A DNA stretch of 49,306 nucleotides, from positions 1 to 49,306 of the forward strand of contig NKIB01013971.1 of the NCBI GenBank assembly GCA_002256025.1. The letters run 5' to 3'. The notes beneath the pieces were generated by a model. It had not been told where the DNA came from. It saw only the letters and a program-made list of their open reading frames with translations, and made no database searches. The DNA comes from Asterionella formosa. Lineage: Eukaryota. Below are positions 23,676 through 34,168 of this stretch, piece by piece (position 1 is the first letter of the stretch; every line of letters starts with the position of its first letter). The translations under genes were made by a program, and so were the position numbers.

Positions 23676-26114
23676 ATGCCTCGATTTGGATTCAAAGCTG
23701 ACTATGATGGTCCTAACACCGGTAATTACGAAGAAGTAGGCGCGAAAGTAGGTGCCACGAGAAGCAGTAGAATCCGGCTGCTCTCGTGCTTATCGCCAGA
23801 TGGAAGATCCGTGCATTCCTTGTCTAGTGATGGCTGCGTTGAAACGCATTCACTTCCGCTAGAAGGGACATCTGATGATGAAATTTTAGATCGAGACATG
23901 CCTTCCATTGTTCGCACTCAATTGCCGGAAAGGGTGTTGAAAGCTCTCAAACTGAATCAAGCCATAGAGTTGGTCTGCGTCGAAGGTGATAGCATGCCGA
24001 CGAGTCCTTCCCCGCTGAAGCAGTTGCTTCCGCTCCTATGTCTCTACACTAGCAAAGCTGCCTTTCTTATTCAAATTTCATACCCACCCACCACTGTAGG
24101 AATCGCACGAGGTGAAGTTATGAGCCTTTCGGAACCTTTCGAATCCATCTTGCTGACATCCAGCTCCATCGATATCATTCGCCTTCGACCAGCTCCCCAA
24201 AGATACATGGGTTATGCTTTGATGTGTCCGCGCGGAAGTATGGCAGCCTTGGTCAGAGATGCTTCAATTAACGAGTTTCGACTTGTTTTACACCATGGAA
24301 ATGGTCGTGTCACAACTCCCTTGGAATTCTCGCTGGAAGACTTCGATGGAAGCAACAATGTTTGTGACTTTTGTTTTGGGCAATCAAATGAATTGTCGCT
24401 TTTGGCGACCATGAGTATTTATCTATTGCAACAAAGCGGAAATATATTGGCTGCTAGCCCTATTCCTTTTCATGGGGCAGTTGCTAGTGTGATGGTCGTC
24501 ATGGAGACTACGCGATATCTTGAGGATTTGATCGCGTCGGAGAAACGAGATGCTCAGTTTCGAAGGGCAAGGGCAGCACAATGCATGCTAGTGCAAATAT
24601 TTGGAGAAATTAATGGAAAGGATAGTTTCGATACGGTAACGGCTCAAGTCGGTGTCAGTGGGGTCAATCATGCCACGAAATGGCCTGTGCAAATTCAGGG
24701 ACCAGTGATCGTGCCACCAGTCGCTGAGCCAGATGATGCATCGAAGGCTTTGGCGATTGAAGTCTTCTTTTCGATGGACTTAGTTGGATTGGTGGTGGCA
24801 AGAGAGGGAAGTAGATGTCATTTCTGTGTCACATTGCCTTCGGCTGTACTGCCGAGAACTACTTATGAAAGCATTGATAATTCATGGGATAGTGAAATTT
24901 TGAATAAAGACTTACAGGATCTCGGTGCAGTGGTGGAACAAGTTGAAGTTGATGACGAGCAGGGTCATCAACCATCTGTCACGACAGCGTGGGTCAGAGA
25001 TCCTTCTGATTCTACAATGATTCACTTTGTTTCCGATTTCAGGGTCGTGACATTCATCACCAATGCTATGGAGATTTTCAGCCAGAATGTGCGCGATGTG
25101 GTTGGCGAGCCTGGTTTCGTGTCACCTTCCAAGGTTCGAAAGGCGCACTTGAAATCGACTGCCTTTGTCCTGGTTTCTGTTGCGGGAGACGCGCGTTTGT
25201 CTTTACAAGGTGCGGTCGTCACAGGTGATGCTCAACTAGGTCACAGTATGATTGCTAGACTTTCGGATAGTTCGATGCATGCTGTGAACGTGACAGAGAC
25301 CAAGTATCGTCACGAATCTGAAGCTCTCGTGGAGTGGGAAGACGAACAGTCGCAGCAACCTGGCCCGTCAGATGATGCCTTGAGGGCAGTCGAAGCTACA
25401 CAACCTTTAATTGATATCGTCAAACCAGTTCTGGAAAAGATTCAGAGTGGTCTTGATGAGGTCTTGACCAAGATCGTGGGGGCTGCAACAAATCCCAAGG
25501 ATATCGATCCTGCAGCTTTAGCAGTTGTCCTTAACGTGAAAAAGAATTGTGAAATGAAAGTGATCATTCCTCTCAAAGAATTGAGACGGTTGTCGCAGTC
25601 CCGACTATCAGAGCTGAAGCAGATGATGAAAATCCAAATCTCTCAACTGCAAGCAATAAAAGAAACGAACAAGCTTTTGAAGGCGCGAATAGAAAAAACA
25701 TCTGAAAAGCTCAAGACGGCAGAAGGAAATGCAAAGAAACTTGCCAATCGTAGTACCACTCTTCATCACACCAGTCAGATGTTACAGCATACAATCGGCA
25801 ACGCGGAGCAAGAGTATTTTGATTTGTTGGAAAGCTTGAATTCAAAGCTGACCGTGTGGGAAGATAGTTATGCTGTGCTTCAAGAGCGATCTGAGATTAT
25901 TTGTGAGGCAGCCGACAGCAATTTGTTACATTGCACAGTCGAGCTTGATGCGGATGAAGCGAAGAACTGCAAGAAGCTGCTTCATGGAAACGAAGTGGTA
26001 CTAAAGCGATGCAGCGAACGAGTTCAAACCACACGAGTCCTTGTCCAACGGATGGCTGCTACTCTAGGGATTCCAATGGATGGACAATATGAGTATCACC
26101 CAGACAGTCAGTAG
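23676..26114 (+). CDS. Nucleoporin Nup88/Nup82-like protein
   Basis: 812-aa ORF with a beta-strand-rich N-terminal region (DFCFG...SIYLLQQSGNILAASPIP resembles the Nup88 blade motif) and a long C-terminal coiled coil. Confidence 0.65.
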   Translation: MPRFGFKADYDGPNTGNYEEVGAKVGATRSSRIRLLSCLSPDGRSVHSLSSDGCVETHSLPLEGTSDDEILDRDMPSIVRTQLPERVLKALKLNQAIELVCVEGDSMPTSPSPLKQLLPLLCLYTSKAAFLIQISYPPTTVGIARGEVMSLSEPFESILLTSSSIDIIRLRPAPQRYMGYALMCPRGSMAALVRDASINEFRLVLHHGNGRVTTPLEFSLEDFDGSNNVCDFCFGQSNELSLLATMSIYLLQQSGNILAASPIPFHGAVASVMVVMETTRYLEDLIASEKRDAQFRRARAAQCMLVQIFGEINGKDSFDTVTAQVGVSGVNHATKWPVQIQGPVIVPPVAEPDDASKALAIEVFFSMDLVGLVVAREGSRCHFCVTLPSAVLPRTTYESIDNSWDSEILNKDLQDLGAVVEQVEVDDEQGHQPSVTTAWVRDPSDSTMIHFVSDFRVVTFITNAMEIFSQNVRDVVGEPGFVSPSKVRKAHLKSTAFVLVSVAGDARLSLQGAVVTGDAQLGHSMIARLSDSSMHAVNVTETKYRHESEALVEWEDEQSQQPGPSDDALRAVEATQPLIDIVKPVLEKIQSGLDEVLTKIVGAATNPKDIDPAALAVVLNVKKNCEMKVIIPLKELRRLSQSRLSELKQMMKIQISQLQAIKETNKLLKARIEKTSEKLKTAEGNAKKLANRSTTLHHTSQMLQHTIGNAEQEYFDLLESLNSKLTVWEDSYAVLQERSEIICEAADSNLLHCTVELDADEAKNCKKLLHGNEVVLKRCSERVQTTRVLVQRMAATLGIPMDGQYEYHPDSQ

Positions 26115-26197
26115 ACTTAAAAGATTTTTTATGTTAATATGAATGGGTACTTGAGGGTTTTGAAATCCTTTCTCGAAACATTTGTGTGACCGCGCTT

Positions 26198-26863
26198 CTA
26201 ATTCGAGTCGAACGTGTCCAGGGGAACAAGAAATTGCCTGAATTCTCCATCTACCAGTTCCACTTGGAAATAAACTCCACGATAAGTGCCATCGTAGGGC
26301 TCGATTAAAGCATCGCCAGGCTTCCACAAAGACTCAAAACCCAAACCACTCTTGCGAATATCTTCAAAGCTATATACACCGCCACTATTGTATTTGATGT
26401 AGACACCACCTTCAATATCCAAAGGTACCCCATCTTTATCCATTCCGTGCAATAACCCCCGAGGCAGATGCAATGCCGTAACCCATGCCTTCAATGCAGC
26501 AACCCCCTCTTGAACAGACGACGCACATATCCCAAGCATACACCTTCCCGTCGTTGAGTCGGTTGTTCGTTCTTGCGTCGCTGCATCGTTCAAAAGTCTG
26601 ACTGCTTCAGGCAATATCGATCGCATTTCCTCCACGCAATCTCCTTCCCCTCCTGCAACTTCTGGGTTAAAGTGAGTGTCCCAGGCTTGAAGAACCTTTG
26701 TAGCTTCGTCAATGGATGAGATGGCCGACGAACAAAATTCGCCTTGCTGCAATGGGGATGTGTACAATATTCGCCTAGAATCTTTGGCGCTGTTGAATGA
26801 AAAGGCGGCTGATAAGCCCAGCGTCAATAGGATGAGGGAAGCGCTTCGAGTGATCAGCGTCAT
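26198..26863 (-). CDS. DUF1824-like protein with signal peptide and AF cleavage motif (likely plastid-targeted), 221 aa
   Basis: ATG at 26863 and a hydrophobic signal ending ...SAAF. Motifs LGICASS..EGVAALKAW..ALHL, IEGGVYIKYNS and PYDGTYRGVY resemble cyanobacterial DUF1824. Confidence 0.7.
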   Translation of the reverse strand: MTLITRSASLILLTLGLSAAFSFNSAKDSRRILYTSPLQQGEFCSSAISSIDEATKVLQAWDTHFNPEVAGGEGDCVEEMRSILPEAVRLLNDAATQERTTDSTTGRCMLGICASSVQEGVAALKAWVTALHLPRGLLHGMDKDGVPLDIEGGVYIKYNSGGVYSFEDIRKSGLGFESLWKPGDALIEPYDGTYRGVYFQVELVDGEFRQFLVPLDTFDSN

Positions 26864-26930
26864 GGTCGACACCGATTAACGTCAGAGCGGAAGACGAATA
26901 GGTAGAAGCAAACACGGTACGTAGAGGTAT

Positions 26931-27020
26931 CAAGTTGCGGTCATTTTGCTTGAACCCCCCGTTTTCATCTAGGATAAAGATAGCTAAATCTTTATTTTTA
27001 GCAAAATTACCGCAACTTGC
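26931..27020. mobile_element. ~90-bp MITE-like element (copy 2, inverted relative to copy 1)
   Basis: CAAGTTGCGGTCATTTTGCT ... AGCAAAATTACCGCAACTTGC. The interior GGATAAAGATAGCTAAATCTTTA matches copy 1 in reverse complement. Confidence 0.8.
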
Positions 27021-27208
27021 GGTACCACCAGCCTGTAGTCTAAAAACGGTGACGAGTTGCAACCAGGTTGTAAAGGTATCAAATCAAGATTCCCTGGTCC
27101 CGCCTCAGTCGTCATGACTGCGTGAATGTGGTCAGACATGCATAGCATGTTCACTTTTGGTAATACTCTTTCTGCGTCGAAAAATGAACTCGTAGAATTT
27201 GCTCATAG

Positions 27209-28102
27209 TAGGGTCGTTCTTATCATTCCGAATTTGCTGTATCATTTCCGGGTTGTGGGCAAAAAATGACGGTTGGTATCAAAACACGGTATCAGCAACG
27301 GTAACTTGATGGTATCAATTTTGTATCATTGATACAAAATTGATACCTTTTTTAAGTTTTCACACGGGTATCATTTCCGTTGTCACTAATAAAATAACGG
27401 AAAATACGCCTGCAGGGCAGCACTTTTATTGACATCTAGATAATATACACAAAAATATCATGGTGTGCATCAAAGAAGCACAATACAATCATTGTAGCGG
27501 CCGTGTGTGGTAATGTTCAGCCACAACACCAAAGAACGACAACCACAGAGTCGAGAATTGAACAGATTGAGTCATGTGCATAGAGACATACCCGCTATCT
27601 AATTACAGGTACCTGGTACCCTGGTACCTGGTCCAGGAATTCATGACAAGGTACTAGGCAATAGAATACGAAAATGATCACGTGACTACGACTTATACTA
27701 GCTGTGGAAATACTTGGCTTTGGCTGTCACTACCCCGGTACCGGTACATTCTGCTATCACTCGTCCAGCACGTACTAGGCAATAGAATACGAAAATGATC
27801 ACGTGACTACAACAAATACATGTGCAAATACCATTGACTATATTAGTCCATATACATAATTCGCGTAGATTTCTTGGATGGTTTGAGGACTGGTTTGGTA
27901 CCATTATGTACCGGTAGTCAGGAAGGAAAAGCACATGTTTGTAGCCAGCCTGTAACCGTTGAATTTTTGTGATACTTTTTGGTGATACAATTTTGTTTTT
28001 ATTTTTGTGGAGAATGGATTTTTTCGGTTTAAATCGAGTAGCCGTTACATGATACTTTTTCAAAAAAATGATACCAAATCGAAAATGATAAGAACGACCC
28101 TA
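27209..28102. mobile_element. Non-autonomous TIR transposon (~890 bp; TAGGG termini, hAT-like)
   Basis: Perfect 19-bp TIR TAGGGTCGTTCTTATCATT at 27209-27227 and 28084-28102, extending imperfectly to ~40 bp. It contains an internal palindrome at ~27311-27347 and a 39-bp direct repeat at ~27651/27772. Confidence 0.85.
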
Positions 28103-28798
28103 AGTTACAAAGGGTGACTGACTATTTGTGTTCCAAGTAACCAGGACAGAGAATGACTCGGAGGACTCAAATATAGTAGCTCGGACTGTTCTGAGCTTCC
28201 TTAGGGTCAGGGAACGTCTTTATTTTTCGGCCTACTGGGTAGCAGGACAGAGGGGAGCTTATGTAACAATGGTGCGTGTTCAGAAATAAGTATCTCCCTG
28301 AAAACCAAAATGTTCTTGTCAGCCCATCGACTGTGACGTAGGACAACGAAAATATGATTAAAAATGTAAAATATTTTTATCAGACTACCGGTACTATTTT
28401 TGCAAATAAAATAGTATGATTCCTATATGCGAATTAGTTAGTTTCTATAGCAATTGCGGACTCAATTAAAATGTACTCTGAGTAGGTGACTTGGTGGTGG
28501 AAACAACGATAGTATAACAATGACAATCACATGATCCAACTATTCTAAACAGATGAATAGTGAATTATAAATCAATTTTTGTTTGGGGGCTGATCTCTTG
28601 AAGAGAATGGAGCTCTGTAGAATGGGCATATGTATGAACAAGATGCATTTCAATGCAATGATGAGCCATTGAGATATTGTCTTTGTTGTCAAGCCCAATT
28701 GCGGGTTTCCGATTTTACTGTTTCTGCTATACCTAAATGCATGTAGTAGCTACAATTAAAATTGTTTACAATATGCTAGCAACCATTCAATTCTATCT

Positions 28799-28863
28799 AA
28801 AAATTGTCAATCAAATCTTATAGTATGTTAAAGCTATCCAATAATCGCACTCATTCCCAAATA
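28799..28863 (+). repeat. Fragment of the ~98-bp unit found in tandem at 41549-41740
   Basis: AAAAATTGTCAATCAAATCTTATAGTATGTTAAAGCTATCCAATAATCGCACTC matches the 41.5-41.7 kb units. Confidence 0.75.
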
Positions 28864-28916
28864 AAGAAATGGACACAATTAGTAACAGTTTTATTCGTCC
28901 GTACAGTACAATGGGA

Positions 28917-29037
28917 TCTGTCTCCTCGTCAGCCACACACCCCGGAACCCTGGGGACTACATAAAAAACGACAGGTAGAGAATGCAGGAATCGAACCCAC
29001 CACCTCATGAGGTATGCTACCCACTAAGCCATTCTCC
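28917..29037 (-). ncRNA. tRNA-like Pol III element / SINE-like repeat (copy B)
   Basis: The minus strand reads GGAGAATGGCTTAGTGGG...GGTTCGATTCCTGCATTCTCTA, then TTTTTT and the same 3' flank as copy A (AGGGTTCC(A/G)GGGTG...GGCTGA..GACAG). Confidence 0.65.
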
Positions 29038-29814
29038 AACTATTCGATTCTATCTGTGTGACTAGCACACAATAACAAATGACGGAAAGAGACAACATGA
29101 TCACTGTTGTTAAATCGTCAGCAATTTGTTGTAGTTGTTGCTAACATAATGTCGATGAACGATGACTTATTCTGTTATACCTTAACTGTTTCAAGGGTAA
29201 GTGTCTAGGTTAGTATCTGCTGGTACATTAATACATGTATGCAATATATACTGAGTTGAAGATGAGCAGAATAATTGGGTTGGTGCTTGCTACATTCTAA
29301 CTAGTCAACATAGAATCCTACATTGTGTTGGTAACTTTGGAAAAAAGTTAGTAACAACGTGGTAATGCGTTTAGGTAAAACTCATTGGAATGCATATAGG
29401 CACAGAATCTCCTACCATGAATGCAAAAAAACATGTTTGTGTTGGGATTTCCACTCCCATTAGCATCGCATTTTAGGGTTACAGAAACCGAAACAATGTT
29501 AAGGCTATTTCTCAGTGTAACACAAAGACAGACACATACCTGCTTTTTGTGTGTCTGTGCATCAAATTTCATTGTGTGTGTCACCTTATCCAATACAATA
29601 CACAGCACAAACGACCAAATTTCTTGTGTGGTCACACCAAAAACATTGGAGGACACACAGAAACCTAGTAGAAATGTTGTGTTCCTGTGTGATAGTATAT
29701 ATATGTATGTAGTATAGTTGCTACACTTACCGGTATTTTACTACAACATTTGTTCTTGCATCTGCTCCTGTTGCCGTTGCATTCATGATTGTTGCTTCAT
29801 TTCACTGAGTTGCC

Positions 29815-30295
29815 TTGACTACGACCATTCCATCATCTGTTCCTCTATGGGCAGGAGGCAGCAGCAAAAGCAACAAGCTTGCTGAATCAATTGGCGTCAA
29901 TCTCTATAATGCAGCCATTTCCATCATTCATGAAAGTGACAAGGATGTGGGTTACAAGGACAACAGTGATGATGACAGCATACTCCTGTCATCACTCTCT
30001 TCTGGAGAGAACAACACATTCGAAAAGCGAAAGTTTTACAGAACACAGTACAAGAGGAAATCCAAAGAATCAAGCAACTGGTGGACACTTTTTCTTGACC
30101 CTTCCATTAAGGCCATATATTTGACTGAACCAAATGGAAGATAAGCCAATAGATTCAGGCCCATGTTTAGGATCCCTTCTTCCTTTTTCAGAGATCAGCT
30201 TCTTGATTTAGCTGTTTAAAAATGGTGGCCATTATGGAAGGCCGAAAACGTTGACTGTTGTGGCCTTCCAGTGGGCGACTTGGCAGTCTCCTCCA
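29815..30295 (+). pseudogene. Harbinger-type transposase N-terminal fragment
   Basis: SNWWTLFLDP...PNGR*ANRFRPMFRIPSSFFRDQLLDLAV*KWWP...DCCGLPV matches the F..RFR.P...F..L motif of Harbinger transposases. It carries internal stops and is truncated before the DDE core. Confidence 0.65.
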
Positions 30296-31343
30296 AAGCT
30301 TTTGCTGCATGTAGCTTTGCCCACATGCTTTGTTTAATTAAGGTATTTTCATGCTTGATTTTCCTAGATTTGCGATCCACACAATCATCTTCATACCTCT
30401 GCTGACGATGCTTCTGATCTTCACACTTTCGAGCTGCTCGAGACAGTGGAATGTTGCTTGCATCGCCAAGCATCTCTACAACATTGGGTCCCTGCGAAAT
30501 TTTTTAACTGTCAATGTGTAAGATACCATGGGCTCTTCTTGTATTCCCAGAATTGGGTAAGAAGCTTGTTTTCAATTTCCTGAGGGGTGAGGCTCAACTT
30601 GCTGTTCAAGGCCAATTCCTTTCTGAACTCCTTAATCAGCATGTCATTACATGTGTCATGGAAGCCCTTGCCACTCTTCATAGATACAAAATTTAATGGC
30701 AACAAAGGGATAGCAACGAAGCTCATCTTGCTCCTTGAATTGAAATATCATCGGTAAAGAGCTTCAGAGGTCACTGGTTCATACTTTTTCTAAAAGGAGC
30801 AAACAATTTCCGGGATTCAACCAAAAAATGCGTAGAGTCTAATGCTGCAATCGCCTGCTTATATGCCAATAGATGAGCCATCTCTTTTGCTGTTTTGTTC
30901 ATAGATGCAAGCTTGCTGGTTTTCGAGCCAGCATGAAAGACCAAAACAGCTTTGCAGGCTAGCAAATGTTCAGGGGCGATGTATCCACTAAGGAAGTGAA
31001 CAATTTTTTCCGACAATAAATAGTCATTATCATTTCCATCCAAATCGTAGTTATCAATGAAATCATTTTCAGTAGTAGGCTCAGCTGGGACAGTAAGCGT
31101 CAATGGAGATTGGTCTGACATAGAAGAACAAGCCATAAAGGACATGTCATCCAACTGAGCTGCAACAACAACAAAAGCCGAAGGGAAAGCAAGTCGGAAA
31201 TTGGGAGTTTTGGCACTTACGCTGGCTGTTGTGTCTGATGCAGCTGTTGCGCCTGTTGCACAGCATGAATTGATCAGCCGGCGCGATATCATTCCCTTTG
31301 AACAGCCATCCTGTTTGCAATTCAAATCAGTTGTGTTGTTCAT
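30296..31343 (-). pseudogene. Degenerate convergent ORF, probable Harbinger second (accessory) gene
   Basis: Three consecutive minus-strand ORF pieces (190, 71 and 85 aa) separated by stops and frameshifts, lying inside the TIRs and convergent with the transposase. The function is inferred from position only. Confidence 0.4.
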
Positions 31344-31555
31344 AGAAGCGACAAGGCAATAAGATTTGAACTGGTGATGTCGTCCTTGTCAATGAAGATG
31401 AGTATTCATTGACAAGGAGGCTGCTGGTGAAACGTATGTGTATAGTTTTTCGCTAAGTTTGGAAAACTCGCCTTAAGTAAATTTCTAATCTATTCAGTAC
31501 CAGCCACCTACAGGGTTTCTACGGATCCCTTCACGAGTGGATCCACCTCTTCACC

Positions 31556-34168
31556 ATGGCGGGCTCTCCTCCGTCCTATGCTACCGCCCACGCATTCACC
31601 TTCCCCACTTTTGGCAATGACGACACCACCAGAGCAATCTCACCAATCTCAAATATGCATGAAACCGATGTCATGAACGTGCAGAACGACCATTCTCCCA
31701 CGGAAGACCCAAATGACAGCAAAGCGAATGACAGCATCCCACTCTTACCAGACGATGAAGCGCTATTCTTAAACATTTCTCTCAATGATCCCACTCCGCA
31801 AGCAAAGGTTTCGGCACAGTGGAAAGAGGTCCCTTCGAAAGCAGCCAAGAATAAGATCAAAGTCTCACCATCGGCATCGCCGACAGCAGCAATCGGGGAA
31901 AACGTCACTATGAAGCAGCCGCGCTCTCCTACTAATTCATTCGGATCATTGTCACATATGGATATCTCTCCGCCCAGCACACCTCCACAGACAAGTGTGG
32001 TCGCTACAGTCCGCATTCCCTTACCTACACTCCATCACACATCACTTGACACCCCCCTTGCAAATGGTGCACATAAGGCGGCCAGACATACAAATAAGAA
32101 ACAACAACAGCTGTGCTTTCCGACGATCCTACACCTCCTTGGCAAAGCCGCCTCAACTGCAAAACAACAGCTGCTTGGAATCAACAAGGCCACGGTAGGC
32201 AAGGACTCAGATATACCATCTACAGCGAAGACAAATCAGACGAACGGACAAGAAGAACAAACAATCAGATAAATTTCATGGACACAACCGATACAGCACC
32301 AGAAGAAAAATGTAAAACCGGGCAGAAGGAATACTTGACTTACTATCTAGATTTTCGGATCACTCGCGACCATCACTCTAACGATGAGACAATCATGACC
32401 ATAGTACAGGCTACACTTAAGGCACTCCTGAAGTCAACCCCAAAAATGAAGATACTACCACAAGAACAGGCCAAGGACATGCCAATTATATCACACTTCA
32501 ATGGCACACTACCTCAAGCAATTGACACTCGGGCAATTCGGAAATATGTGCACAAGGGAAACATGAATGCATCGAACTTTTTTGGAATACTGAAAATACA
32601 GCATAAAAGCATGGACGAAATTTTGCAATCCTTGACAGTGAAGAAATTACTTGCACACTATCCCTCCCTAACAGTAACTGAATCGATTTTCGGCCTAAAC
32701 CAAACTGTCATCGCAGGCGCATTGTATGGCTCATTGGCCCATGAGGATCGCAAACTACTCGCAAATCACATTTCGAGTAAACTACAAGGACACATCCAAG
32801 GCAGGATCATTAAATAAAAAGTAAGCTGGTCAAAGATTCATGGAGCAACTGAGCTAGAATCAGTTTCAGTCAACTTGATTAGATGTCAAAAGGAGGATTA
32901 TGATGACACTTGCAAAGCCCTACAGGTTATATATGGAAAAGATGCAGCTAACCAAGACTATACACATCTGCAAATGAAATTTGTTCCCATGCCGGTAATC
33001 AAAGTACCATTGCCACAACCAACACTTTCTTTCGCAAACAGGAACACTTCGAAAAGAATATAATGACTTTCAGCATCTGTAAATTACGTCCGCCAGACAC
33101 CATCATTCACTACAAGAACATGGAGGATTCAAAGAGTATGACTTAACTGTGTGGGAAATCCTTCAAAACCTAACAGACAATGATAATAAATCAGTTTTTC
33201 CGGCAGTCGTGAAACATGGATTGAAACCTGATACATTACATTTATCCGGACCAAGGAAAAATGAGGCGCTATGATATAAATCCTTTCATTATAATTTGAC
33301 AGAATACGTGCAGGGCTCATTACCAGGACATCTACCATCTGATTTGTTTTCTACTCCAACACAGGTGAGCATGAGCGACATGCAATATCGGAATGCCAAA
33401 GCTGAGTTGGAACAGCAAGGACAGAGCACATTGGATGCTATCTTCGCTGATCTGGAGGATGATCCTTTGCCTCCACAACGCCTCGATAATAAAATGCAAC
33501 AGCATGAAAATGATTCAATTGACACATGTGATCAAGTGCATTCCCAATGCGCAACCCATATTTCTCACAAACAACAACCCGAATCGCGCCCACAACCAGA
33601 AAAGGTTAAGCTGCAGGGTGGACAGCATATGACATATCAACATGAAAGCGACTTGAGTGGAAGCAGTGACAAAAGTGCAGGTACATGATGGAGCAGAAGA
33701 CGACAGATCAAGAAGAAGAACCAGTCTCAATCTACGACTCTAAATGCTCAGCTGACCATGAGGGCCAACAATTCCTGGCACAAAGTTACATAACTGCCAC
33801 CCACATCCCACCAGCTTGCAAAGACACCCATGTTGGAACAGGGCACAGAAGATCAACAGTTATTGACACACACGACAAATGGTCTAAGTCATATACAAAC
33901 AGAGCTGGCGAAAATGCAAGGAAATTTAGATGAATACCACCATGCTCAGTTAAATTTATTTACACAAGTGCAACACCTCCAAACTGATACAAAGGAACTT
34001 CAACAGACCATTTCTCAAATGTTCACTATGATGCAACAATTACATCAACTACATTTATCACCAACAGTGCAGTGCTCCACGAGCAGACCAACTGCGACTC
34101 AACAAGTTACACCAACAACAGACCCATACCGCACTGGTGAAGCAAGCCAGGTGCGCAAGGAGAAATGA
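31556..34168 (+). pseudogene. LINE ORF1 (Pro/Ser-rich N-terminus, C-terminal coiled coil), disrupted
   Basis: A chain of same-strand ORF fragments from ATG 31556 to TGA 34168, with heptad-like LSHIQTELAKMQGNL...LQTDTKELQQTISQM near the end. Confidence 0.7.

Noticed and set aside
31425..31430. Helitron 3' end (hairpin followed by CTGG-T)
   Set aside because: No Rep/helicase remnants or TC 5' end were identified, and the Harbinger/LINE junction explains the region more simply.
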